Assembly (NCBI GenBank): GCA_030704615.1
Contig: CM060733.1
Location: forward strand, 34,782,001 to 34,846,000
Source of the DNA: Takakia lepidozioides
Taxonomy: Eukaryota; Plantae; Bryophyta
Reading direction: 5' to 3'
Length of the DNA: 64,000 bases
The notes beneath the pieces are model-generated. The model was not told the DNA's origin. It did not search any database and saw only the letters and a program-made list of their open reading frames with translations. The position numbers and the translations under genes were made by a program. Below are positions 52,690-64,000 of the stretch, one piece after another (the stretch's first letter is position 1; every line of letters starts with the position of its first letter).

Positions 52690-55600
52690 TTACTACACGG
52701 CGTCTCCGCATGCATGCTAGGAACACTGAACTGCTTTTCCTGCCTTCTTCTCATTGCCAGCAATGTCTACGCCCGGACGAACGAAATTTGTAAGCCCTCT
52801 TCATGTTCTTCTCTAGCCAGGGCTGCCAAGCTCACATTTGATGTAGATGTACACTAGGGGAATGTTCAGAATGACATCTGGTACAGTTCCAGCTTTGATA
52901 ATGTCACCATGAAGCTCTTTGCCCCTTCCCAGGGCTGCTAGGCTCCCATATGTATATTACAAACACAAATAAACATGACCTGGTCTTGCTTCATCCCATC
53001 CCACATCATTTGCTCCTAGGTTTCCAAAGCATTAATCCCATACTCATGCTGCACATACCTTGCAATCATGGCACTCCAAAACACCACATCTCGTTCAGCC
53101 ACCTCTCTTGATCCTCTTTCAGAAGCTGTGGTCATGGTTGAGGTGCCTGATTTTATCAATTGTGCCGCTGCAGCTGCTACCTTTAGTTGACCATCTACCC
53201 ATGCAGCAGGTTTCTTGTAGCTATTGATCCACATGGAATCATAGGTAATCTGGAGCTTGAAGTTCGGCCATCTTGGATGAATCTGCACCCAGACTCTATC
53301 CCTGCTCCTTCAGCTATCCATGCCGCTACACAAAATCATGCATACATCATTGTCTTGCTGCTAGCACCTAACAATGACAGCCTAGATTTGTTCTAGGAAA
53401 CACCCAACTCAACTTATCACGATGGTCAATTGCATCTGCTACTCTCTGTAATCCAACAGACATTCACATTTTTGCCTCGATTGTCCCACCATTGACTAGG
53501 GTCAGAAAAATATTCATTCCACAGCTTCTCCTCGTCTCAGCTGTTACGTGTTTCTGGATACTTCCCTGTTGTCACATTGGGCAGTACCATGTCAAAGTCA
53601 CTCCAAACTATCAAAGGTTCACTCAACCAGCTAACTTGCAGAATTCAACATGAAAATTTAGGGCCAATTCTGATAAGAGGAAAAACAGGGTGAAAATGTG
53701 TTGAAGAAGGTGCCTTCATGAGCAGTGCCTAATTTTATCAATTGTGCCGCTGCTGCTGCTGCGGCTTCCAGTTGACCATCTACCCATGCAAGTTTCTTGC
53801 AGCTATCGATCCACAGGGAATTATAGGTAATCGTGAGCTTGAAGTCCCGCCCTCTTGGATGAATCTGGACCGGCTAGACTCTACCCTTGCTCCCTCAGCT
53901 ATCCAAGCTCTGCACAAATCATGCATACATCTTTCCCTTGCTACTAGCGGCTGACAATGACAGCCTACAATTGTTCCAGCAAACACCCAACCCTACTTAT
54001 CACCCATGCAGAATTCAACATGCATCTCAGGGCCAAGTCTGATCATGAGAGGGCAAAACAGGCTAAAACGTGCCCTCACCACATTGTCCTTCACCCATGG
54101 AGAATTTGACCGACCATCAACCCAAAATGACCTCTTGTGTGTGCTGTTTGTCTGTAGTCAGATAATGTCGGATTGGTCTGTGAGAACCACCACGGTGCAG
54201 CTGAGTAGGCAGAGATTGAAACACGGCCTGCTAAGACCTGCAAGCTGACTCTCCCAAGAACCTTGTAAACATTAGGAAGAATACCAAATCATGGTACTCA
54301 CAGGAGTCAAGAGCCCACCTTTGCAGGATGGACGAACTTCTTAACATCGTACATTAAGAAAAGCCACACCTGGTGATTGTGGTTGTCCCACCATCATGAA
54401 GGATCGGTATAAAACTCATGCAACCTCACATGACGAACGAGCTAACTTCTACATGAAAATTTAGGGACTACTCTGGTAACAGGGAAAAACAGGGTGAAAT
54501 GTATTGAAGAAGGTACCTTCATGCCGCACGCTCAGCCATCTTCACATTGCCATGGATTCTGCAGGCACCAAGCAAGGCCTTCATTTTGCAAACATGTCGA
54601 CCTCTTTCCCCTTTTCCAAGCTGGCAGGCAGTGTTCAGAATGACATTATGTACAATTCCAGCTTTGAACAAGGCACGGCCTGCTAAGACCAAGCTGACTC
54701 TCTCTCTTGCACCAACGAGCTATCTTACAGATTTCAATATCATATCAGGCCCGAGTCTGATAAGAGGGCAAAACAAGCTGAAATAGATTGAAGAAGAAGG
54801 TGCCCTCACGGCCTGCTAAGACCAAGTTGACTCTCTCTCTAGCACCAACGAGCTAACTTACAGAATTCAATATGCATATCAGGCTCGAGTTTGATAAGAG
54901 GGCAAAACAGGCTTAAATAGGTTGAAGAAGAAGGTGCCCTCACGGCCTGCTAAGACCAACCTGACTCTCTCTCTTGCACTGACGAGCTAACTTAACATAA
55001 TTCAATATGCATATCAGGCCTGAGTCTGATAAGAGGGCAAAACAGGCTTAAATAGGTTGAAGAAGAAGGTGCCCTCACGGCCTGCTAAGACCAAGCTAAC
55101 TCTCTCTCTTGCACCAACGAGCTAACTTACAGAATTCAATATGCATATCAGGCCCGAGTCTGATAAGAGGGCAAAACAGGCTGAAATAGGTTGAATCAGG
55201 AAATGAATCAGCGGGCTGCTAAGACCAAGCTGATTCTCCCAAGAACCTTGTAAACATCAGGAAGAAGACCGTACTAACAGAAGCCAAAAGCCCACATTTG
55301 CAGGATGGACAAACTTCTTCACATCCTACATTAAGGAAAAGCCACACCTTATTGCGATTGTCCCACCATCGGCAAGGATCGGTAAAAAACTCATGCAAGC
55401 TCTGAAATAGGTCGAAGAAGAAGGTGCCCTCACCACATTGTCCTCGACCTTGTGTCATGACCCATGGAGGATTTGACTCCCCATGAACCCAAACGGACCT
55501 CTTGTGTGTGTTGCTTGTGTCTGTAGTCTGGTAATGGCGGATTGGTCCATGAGAACCACCACGGTGCAGCTAAGCGAGCAGAGATTGAAACACGACCTTG

Positions 55601-55915
55601 AAACACAACCTGCTAAGACCAGCCTGACTTTCCCAAAAACATTGTAAACATCAGGAAGAATATGAAATCATGGTACGTCTAATAGGAGCCAAGAACCCGC
55701 ATTTGCAGGATGGACAAACTTCTTCATGTCGTACATTGAGAAAAAGCCACACCTTGTGATCGCGATTGTCCCACCATCGTGCACGCCTTCATGCCCCGAT
55801 TATAGGGCTTGAGTCCCTGTCTGCCCCCTATCCCACCAGCTCTACTCGTCATCGTACATTGAGAAAAAGCCACACCTTGCGATCGCGGTTGTCCCACCAT
55901 CGTGCACACCTTCAT
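52690..55915 (-). pseudogene. Scrambled PDF-motif and PPR/E-domain gene relics
   Basis: EEKLWNEYFSDPSQWWDNRGKN|gt (~53535-53468); IHPRWPNFKLQITYDSMWI..AWV then ERDVVFWSAMIARYVQHEYGINALE (53283-53016). More WWDN exons near 54370-54425, 55348-55395, 55753 and 55877. PPR bits SLEKGKEV and GACRIHGNV near 54530-54625. Confidence 0.8.
54674..55200. repeat. Four tandem copies of a ~134-bp unit
   Basis: The unit start CACGGCCTGCTAAGACCAA occurs at 54674, 54807, 54941 and 55076. Confidence 0.9.
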
Positions 55916-57032
55916 GCCCCGATTCTAGGTCTTGAGTCCTTGTCTGCCCCTATCCCACCAGCTCCGCTCGTCGTCTCTCATGATCAGACTTGACATTATA
56001 AGAAAACAAATCGACACAAAGAAAACAAACAAATGCCACAGTGGCAGGGAAAACAAAAAAAATGCTAAGTCCCCTCTAGTCATGACTGGATGGATGAATG
56101 TAGCGATACATGGATGGATTTTGGGTTTTCCATCAACACACAAACCACTAAAGTTTTTCAAGTATCACCACAAAAGTAATACCAATCACTGGTGTGTATG
56201 TAATCACTCATGCGTAACCACTGACCGAGTGGTTCCAATTACTAAATGGTCTATAACCACTCACTCTACACCACTCTCAAAGTGGTACCAATCAATGGGG
56301 GTCTTTAACCACTCCAGATCTACGTATATTGTCCCCATCCACGTGGAATAATATATTTTGAAATGATAAAAATCTAAAAAAAAAGAATTATTACACGTGG
56401 AGTAGAAAGTGGTTTCAACCACTTCCCATCACTGAGGTGTCTTTAACCACTCATAATTATCACTGTACCCGTCCATGTCGGATATTATCATTATTAATAT
56501 AAATATTTGACCAAATGTCGAATAATAAATATAAAATTAAATATTACACATGGATTACTTAGTGGTTGAAACCACTTCCAACCACTCCATATGATGCCAC
56601 CGTGGCATTTCATCGGAATTAACCACTGGCCAGTGGTTACCATTACTTGGAGTGATTTATAGAGTGGTAACAGACAAGAGTGGTTAAGGGGGCCAGTGGT
56701 TATTCCGCGTTTTTCTTCTAGTTTTGCCTCACAGGGGATTGAGTGGTAGCACCCCAAAAAAAATTCCGAATGAGAGCTATGATCTCATTCACCATCGTGG
56801 TACTTGGATCCCAGACCGCTACAGAAAACCAACAAGAGGCTAGAAGCACTTGGTTTGCCACCAGTGCTCCACCAACGATTGATAGCATAGTTGAGCTCTA
56901 GTGGGCGAGAGATCTTTTCAACCTAAAGACTACACTCTTCATTCTGCTCCCCTGGGACAGATTTATGCCAATCTTGTGACCTAGCAGCGTATGAGATTCT
57001 CCCTCACGAAGCCATTGAAGACCAATGTCTTG

Positions 57033-60000
57033 TGTCGAACGGCTTTTACTCATCCATCCCTTCGCTATCCGAGGTGGAAACTCCAAGATAGAAGAGTTGG
57101 ATATCTCTAAGCACTCAGCCCGCTCAGTACTATCAGTCATGACCTGCAGCTAGTGAATCATGGTTGTGCTTCCCATTTGTATTCCTTCTTGTCTTCATGT
57201 TATCAATTTACCTTATCTGATACTGAAGCATTAGATTGCTTCAGTATCTACTTAGTTCCAGTTAATCATACATTCAAGTCACAGCTTCACTCATGTCTCT
57301 CTACACAGTGTGATTGTATCGAATAAGTATCAGATTATGATTTATCAGGTATCAGGCCAATGCCATGGTGACTCTAATCCGCCCTACAATATCACTACAG
57401 CTCTGCATGTAATAAGCATCTACTGTTCATCTTTCCTCCTTCTCTGTGCTCTCGTTCTTGCTCTCCGCCTGATCTCCTCTTCCCATGATCCAGAAGCGCT
57501 CCCCGTGAAGTGATCCTCTTTTCGTTGCCGCTCTCCTTATCTGCCCGCAAGCTGTTCTAACCACCTAACTAACTAACTGTCATCCCTGAAGTAACACGTT
57601 CCCTCTGCAGATGTCGTTCCCTCACAGTCGTTCCCTGTCAATGATAACTGTTCCCCATGTACTGTGACAGGCTGTGTCAAGCTGTGCCGAGCTGTGACTG
57701 GCTGTGTAAGGCTGTGTCGGGCTGTGTCGGGTTGTGACTGGCTGTGTAAGGCTGTATCGGGCTGTGACTGGCTGTGCGAAGCTGTGTCGGGCTGTGTCGG
57801 GCTGTATACCCCCCTTAAAGCCTATTGTTGCCACCCCTAAGGCTCCTGTTGGTCTCAGTCTGCGCAAAAATTAAGGGTACCCCACAGAACCCGTAAAAGC
57901 GTCTAAGTCCCAAGCAGCCCTCTAACATTTATCCCTCCCTCTTTCAAAAAACCGTGTCCTCACGGTTTACTGTTTGGGATTAGCAAACCTTTGTGAGCGA
58001 GCACCCTTCTGACGGTGAGAGTCTCATGAAGGACTCCGTGTGCGAGCTCAAGTCCTGTCACTGGTTGACGGAGATGATTGAGCACTACCTGGAAATGTCT
58101 GACCCTCCTTTGGCTGATAACGAGGTAACCTCTCAGGCATAGGAGATCCCCGTCGTTTCTTCTCTGCCATCTGAAGTGCATAGTCCTCTGCCATGTCAAA
58201 AGAGTCCGCTGAAGAAAGAGTAGTATCAGAATCCTCGTCTCCCCTTAGGTGTTTTAATGGCCGAACTTTAAGTGGAATCCTGTGTGGCATACAATGTGGT
58301 CCGACCATATCTGGAAGTTTAAATTGTACAACTTGTTGTAAGCGCTGGCAAGCAAAATTAGTGAACGTCCTCAACTCCTTATCTGTATAGGTAAGAGGTG
58401 TGCCAATGACTTTGGAACAGTGTAAGTATTTCCATGCCTCATGTCCCTTAAAGAAAATATCCTCAGGGCCGAATTTCTGTGTTGTTAAATTGTTCCAAGC
58501 CGAATGAAACCATGAATGAAGTTGGGAATCCTTCTGCATCATAACTTTTGCATCATATAGGTACATATGAGGCGGCACTGAAGGTAAGACCCAATGATCC
58601 CCACTGGAATAACTCAGAAATCGGGATTGCATCCTCTGCTACTCAATGTGATAACGTGCCAGAAAACAAGCAGCATAGTATAATCCACAGCCCATGACAA
58701 TACTTGATACCTCATTGGTCTTGGTATAAATGTACCCATGTACAACTTGGAAGGCAATTAATTCCTTCAACATGGACCTGCTTCAGACCAGTACCTCGCA
58801 AAGTGATGATCCTCAATGGGTCGATTGTTCGGAAGAACCTTAGTCCTAGTTGCCATTGGCAGCCAAATGCGCATGATCTGATCACGAAGTATGGTTTCGA
58901 AAATGCAATGGCAGTGACGACTCCTGTTGACCCTAATACTCAAATGAGTTTCTACTCTCTTTCGGGTGACTCAAAGAAAGAAGAAAAGGAAAACATCATG
59001 GATTACCAATTTCCATATCAAGAAATGGTTGGGAGCTTGATGTTTGCAAGCATCGGGAGTCGTCCTGACATCTCATATGCAGTAAGTACAGTGGCAAAAT
59101 ACGCATCAAGACACATACCTGTGCACTGCAACGCTGTGAAACGGATCATGAAATACTTGAAGGGAACATCTCATTTTGTTCTGACCTACAATGGGAAGCA
59201 AGACACAAATCTGCTCATAGGATTTTGCGACACAGATTATGCTGGTGACATAGATGAAAATCCAGATCCGGATGTGTCATTATGTTGAACCAAGGAGCAA
59301 TTGTTTGGAGCAGTCGGAAACAAGCGTGTACTGCTGGATCGACAACTGAATCGGAGTACGTTGCGGCTCACATGGCTACGAGGGAGATTATTTGGTTACG
59401 GAGACTCATGGACTCCATTAGACATTCACAGAAGACACCCACCCCACTTCACAGCGATAACCAGAGTTGCATCAGACTGGTTCACAATCCAGAGTACCAT
59501 CGTCGAACAAAGCACATAGACGTTTAGTACCATGTCATTTGCGAGAACCAGACGAAGGGAGAAATTGATATTCAGTATGTTCACACGAACGATCAGATTG
59601 CAGATATTTTCACGAAGGCTCTTGGTCAAACAAGTTCTTTCGTTTTCGCTCCATGCTTGGGTTGCATTCCCCAGCAAGCAATCTCTGTGCAAACGATCTT
59701 TGAAGCATGCATACAATGTCGGACTGAGTGGGAGTGTTGAAATCGAAGATCCAGTCCGTCATTGACATCTGGACCATGTTGGTCGAATAGTCATAGTCAG
59801 CAACTAGGTGGCAGTCCACCGAGCAGTCACAATCACAGATGCCAGTCAGTCACATTTTGAATCTCTAGCTAGTTGGATCTCCCGCACTTAGTAGTACTTG
59901 TATTTTTTGGTGGCAGACGATACTTAGTTAGTTTTTATGTATGTTCATAGCGTGGTGTAGTTAAGCTTACAAATGCGTGAGCATCATTGATTTCGATGGA

Positions 60001-62250
60001 TTGCCTTGTAGATTGATAAGCCGCGTACTTCTCAGTGTTTCAATAGTGTTGGATAGCTTCTTCATAACTTACTGGCTACTCTGTAAACAACTATGAGCAA
60101 GCAGTGAAATCAGTATTTTCAAGATTGTCATTGTTTTTGGTAGAATTGGCATGATACAAGAAAAGAAAACGTGTTGTAGTAAGCAGAGGCTGATCCAGGT
60201 TTCGTTGGCCTGTGATCCAAGTGCTCTACTTGATCCAGGTCCAATGGGTTGGGATGCCCTGGTTGTAGTCTCAACCTCAGCTGTTGGGTCTACTTCTTCA
60301 TACTCTTCCTCTTCCAATTTCTTCTCTTTGTTTTCATCCTCCAAGTTCTGCCCTTGGGTTTCTTCTTCACTCATGTAACTCAACTGCAATGGTGTTGGAG
60401 AGTCTGAACTCTCCGTTGGCTCTGCCACATCCTCTCCTCCTTCTTCATCTTCCGTCTCAGAAACTGGAGTTCCTGCTTTTGGTGTTCCATGCCAACTCTT
60501 ATCAAAGATTTCTGTCAAATCTTTTATCCAGGGATGTACCTCAGATCTTTCACCTCGTGGTTGATCTTCTTCCAGTACCAATTCCCTTAATCTTTCTTGC
60601 AAAGAAAAAGAAGGAGTGGCATCCAACTCTAGTTCTTCCGGTATGGATGATGTACTCTCTGATCTTAATGGTGTGAGAGGTCCAGATGATTCCCCTATGT
60701 CTATTCCTCTCTCCCAAAGATATGGATAATTAGCTTTCAGATATCTTTCTCTTTTTGCTGAATATCTCTAGAGTCTAGCTTCTCTTTCATCACTCATGTC
60801 CCATGTCTTTCATTTCTTTAATGTGGCAATAACCAAAACTCTCTTCTGTAGTATCTCTCGTATATGCCTGGGTTTCTTTCAAGCTTCAATGCACCCTTGG
60901 CTGTACTAGAAGTCTCCGTTACCATATAACCATATGGCAAACAAGTCTAAAAAGTTGTTCTTGGTGTGAGTTTGATCCACAGAATATCCTTTGGAATCCA
61001 ATTCTTTACCAGTACAAGCTCTTCATGCATATGAGTATAAATATTCACCTTCCTTTCCTCCCAGCCTTCAAACTCTACTCGCTTAATGGATAGCAATGCT
61101 ATCACATAAACCAGTGTTGGTAACCAACGTGCTCTTCCTCTACAGGCCACCTGATAAATCTTTATCACTCCTTTCTCCAAACCCCACTCAGGGTCAGCAT
61201 CATGCACTCTCTTAAGAATTTTTTCTTTACAACCATCTGGCAATTCCAAGAACCTCTGAAAGAATTGTTTGGACAATCTTTCCTTCTCAGTTTCACAGGG
61301 AATTTGATTCACATCAAATTCTTTAATTCTCCAACCACCATGATCCCACCAGATGTCTGTCACATCTGGTTGTTCATGACCCAGGTCCCCAGTATGGTCG
61401 CCAAATGTCGAACGGCTTTTACTCACCCATCCCTTCGCTATCCGAGGTGGAAACTCCAAGATAGAAGAGTTGGATATCTCTAAGCACTCAGCCCGCTCAG
61501 TACTATCAGTCATGACCTGCAGCTAGTGAATCATGGTTGTGCTTCCCATTTGTATTCCTTCTTGCCTTCATGTTATCAATTTACCTTATCTGATACTGAA
61601 GCATCAGATTGCTTCAGTATCTACTTAGTTCCAGTTAATCATGCATTCATTTCACAGCTTCACTCATGTCTCTCTACACAGTGTGATTGTATCGAATAAG
61701 TATCAGATTATGATATATCAGGTATCAGACCAATGCCATGGTGACTCTAATCCGCCCTACAATATCACTACAGCTCTACATGTAATAAGCATCTACTGTT
61801 CATCTTTCCTCCTTCTCTGTGCTCTTGTTCTTGCTCTCCGCCTGATCTCCTCTTCCCATGACCTTGAAGCGCTCCCCGTGAAGTGATCCTCTTTCCGTTA
61901 TCGCTCTCCTTATCTGCCCACAAGCTGTTCTAACCACCTAACTAACTAACTGTCATCCCTGAAGTAACACGTTCCCTCTGCAGATATCATTCCCTCACAG
62001 TCATTCCCTGTCAATGATAACTGTTCCCCATGTACTGTGACAGGCTGTGTCAAGCTGTGCCGAGCTGTGATTGGCTGTGTAAGGCTGTGTTGGGCTGTGA
62101 CTGGCTGTGTCGGGCTGTGTCGGGCTGTATACCCCCTCTAAAGCCTGCTGCTGCCACCCTTAAGGCTCCTGTTGGTCTCAGTCTGCGCAAAAATTAAGGG
62201 TACCCCACAGAACCCGTAAAAGCGTCCAAGTCCCAAGCAGCCCTCTAACA
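57033..62250 (-). mobile_element. Internally deleted Gypsy-type LTR retrotransposon; LTRs 57033-57927 and 61406-62250
   Basis: TG...CA LTR pair, 5-bp TSD TCTTG on both sides. PBS TGGCGACCATACTGGGGA next to the right LTR and PPT GAAAGAGGGAGGGA next to the left LTR, both on the minus strand. No Gypsy pol found; superfamily inferred from PBS/PPT style. Confidence 0.88.
58865..60197 (+). mobile_element. Ty1/Copia 3' remnant (RT end, RNase H, PPT, LTR) nested in opposite orientation
   Basis: PYQEMVGSLMFASIGSRPDISYAV, KRIMKYLKGT, GFCDTDYAGD, WSSRKQ..STTESEY, DNQSCI, RTKHIDV, DQIADIFTK. PPT GACTGAGTGGGAG is followed by TGTTG at ~59735. LTR end approximate. Confidence 0.88.
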
Positions 62251-63307
62251 TCTTGCCCCAATCAGTACAGTGCGAAGAGGTAGCCTGATTTTACAGCACC
62301 GAGAGAAGACCCATGGACTTCCTCCGGTTCATCTTCAAACCAGACCCTAAGCAAAAAATGTGCAAGGCCTGAAGAGCACGGTCTATATTTTCTCGGGATA
62401 AATTGTCCAGCAGTAAGAGGTATCATCAGCGTACATGGACAGTTTAACCATTTCCGGTGAGAAGGTAGGTAAATGAAGACCAACGATATCCTGCCTAGCT
62501 CAAAGAGGTGTCTTAGAGAATGATTCTGCTGCAATGAGAAAGAGGAAGGGAGCTAAGGGGCATCCCTGTCTGACCGACCTTGAGATAGGGAAAGACTGGG
62601 AGATGACACCATTGACCATAACCTTGTTATAGGCCGACCGAAGAAGGATCCCAACCCAAGACAAGAAGTGGCCATTCACGCCAGTCTTTTCCAGCGCAGC
62701 TAGGAGGAAAGTCCAATCTATTGAGTCAAAAGCCTTAAAATGTTATCCAAAATCATGCGGTCTTTAAGGAAGCCAGTTTGTTCTTTCCTAATGATTTTTG
62801 GCAGTAGGGGTTGGATTCTGAGAGCAAGCGCTTTGGCGATAATTTTCTAAGTAGTATTGAGCAGGGTGATAGGCCGGTAGTTAGCTATATTATCTCTCTC
62901 CCTTTCTTTGTAGATCAGAGTGATGAGACCTTCTGAAAATCTGAGAAGGCATCAACTATTTGTGGAGAATGTCGTTGGTCATATAGAGGAAATCGTCACC
63001 CAGGGTAGACCACATAACTTTGAATAGCTCTACAGGTAGACCGTCCGGACCAGGGCTTTAAAGGGAGGGCAGGGCCTCCACAGCTTTCCCAAGTTCAGAC
63101 TCAGTAAACGGTTCTACCAGTTTGACTTTATCCTCCTCAGAAAGGGAACATGGGATGTTTCTGAGGAGAGCCCTCCTAGCCTCCACTACCTCAGAAGTGT
63201 GATCTCTTTTCTGAAAAAGCTGTCTGAAGAAGTCAGCATCAATGTTGGCCATCTTCTTTGGGACAACACTTTGGATACCAAAGACATCAGAGAGAGAGGG
63301 TATCAAA

Positions 63308-64000
63308 GTGATTACCACATAGTGGTATGTAAGCTATTTGAATCATCCATGGTGTCTCTCTCAGTGGGAGGTTTACTATTTCATGAGCAGAAACCATGAG
63401 CCATGAGCCATGAGCCGCATGAGCCGCATGAGCGGTGAGTCGAAGTCTAAGATACGCGGATTTCATGAGCGGACTCCTCCAAATTTGGAAATGCGGCAGA
63501 TTAAACAAGTATTAAAATAATAGTTTTTTATTTGACCTTGCCATTTTTGGACGTTCCAGATCATGTAATGCGGCGAAGATATGTCGTCAGTAACAAGTCC
63601 GCTCATGGTTTTTTAGATCCGCTCATGGAAATAAGTGACCGTGCAACGGGAAATCCAGTATACCACTGCAAAAGGACGTCGCATACTGGCCTGTATAGAG
63701 TATTCCGCGGTTTTACATGCCTTAACATTGGAATGAAGCTGACCCTTTTGCCGCGATTGAACCAATGGAGTCTGCACCAATACAGTCTGCAGTACTTCAC
63801 AATTCTGTCTTCTTCGGGTATTCGGCGGGAAAGGTTTGCAACTGAACTGGGAAATAGGGTGCCGCATTAGGGTTCGCACGTGCGAAATTTCGGAGCGGTT
63901 TGGTGTTGGCGAAGGCCGCCTCTGGGGGTACCTACGACGATACTTGGAAATGCGGCGCCGCATTTCCTTGTCGGAGGTCGAATGAGAAAAGCAAGTTTTC
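63308..64000. mobile_element. CACTA-family internal fragment followed by an unclassified element with CATGAGC/GCGG repeats
   Basis: 63310-63368 matches 52281-52340. Tandem CCATGAG/CCGCATGAG repeats at ~63394-63435. Confidence 0.45.

Larger units (their letters stand above)
51685..56723. mobile_element. Pack-type CACTA element carrying PDF/PPR gene fragments
   Basis: TIR CACTAGAAGAAAAACGTGGAATAACCACT / AGTGGTTATTCCGCGTTTTTCTTCTAGT(T). Flanks TCG/TTG (TSD with one mismatch). Dense ACCACT/AGTGGT subterminal repeats. The LINE coding sequence resumes across it. Confidence 0.85.
48570..63300 (-). mobile_element. Degenerate L1-clade LINE ORF2, split by nested insertions
   Basis: Colinear pieces: 63300-62251 (PFTESEL..A..SPGPDGLPVE.F, NYRPITLLNT, QTGFLKDR, KAFDSIDWTFL, VRQGCPL.P); 57032-56724 (LLGHKIG..LSIVGGALVANQVL..IRNFFW); 51684-50872 (WEQLCQPKKKGGLG); 49692-48570 (zf-RVT WKLAHRILP..CSLC..HCL). 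Confidence 0.85.

Noticed and set aside
54674-55200. CRISPR-like regular repeats
   Set aside because: Whole units repeat with no unique spacers and there are no cas genes. The context is eukaryotic.

Overview
Eukaryotic land-plant nuclear DNA, intron-rich. The PLS-PPR/DYW expansion and a CRE-type retroposon suggest a non-seed plant, but the taxon cannot be fixed from sequence. The left ~26 kb holds housekeeping genes: MZT1/GIP, a SIA1/MGP2-like sialyltransferase-like gene, an ADP/ATP carrier, an NSRP1/CCDC55-like gene and a monofunctional aspartate kinase. 26.5-38.6 kb is a minus-strand PLS-PPR-DYW cluster. Main result: both large PPR genes have unannotated upstream exons with matching phases that splice in frame. 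These exons encode a PDF motif (LW.EFF.D.SQWWDNR..K / ..P..PDF.HK.T.E.LW......PPWV), the ssDNA-binding module of organellar OSB proteins. The predicted product is a PDF-PPR-DYW fusion of about 987 aa for the intact copy. Scrambled relics of the same family sit inside a non-autonomous CACTA element (51.7-56.7 kb). The right half is mostly transposons: a PIF/Harbinger-like element, a CRE-like retroposon, a SINE, a malectin-RLK pseudogene, a 500-N gap, and an L1 LINE interrupted by two CACTA elements and a Gypsy-type LTR element containing a Copia remnant. All family calls come from motif recognition by eye; no database search was run.
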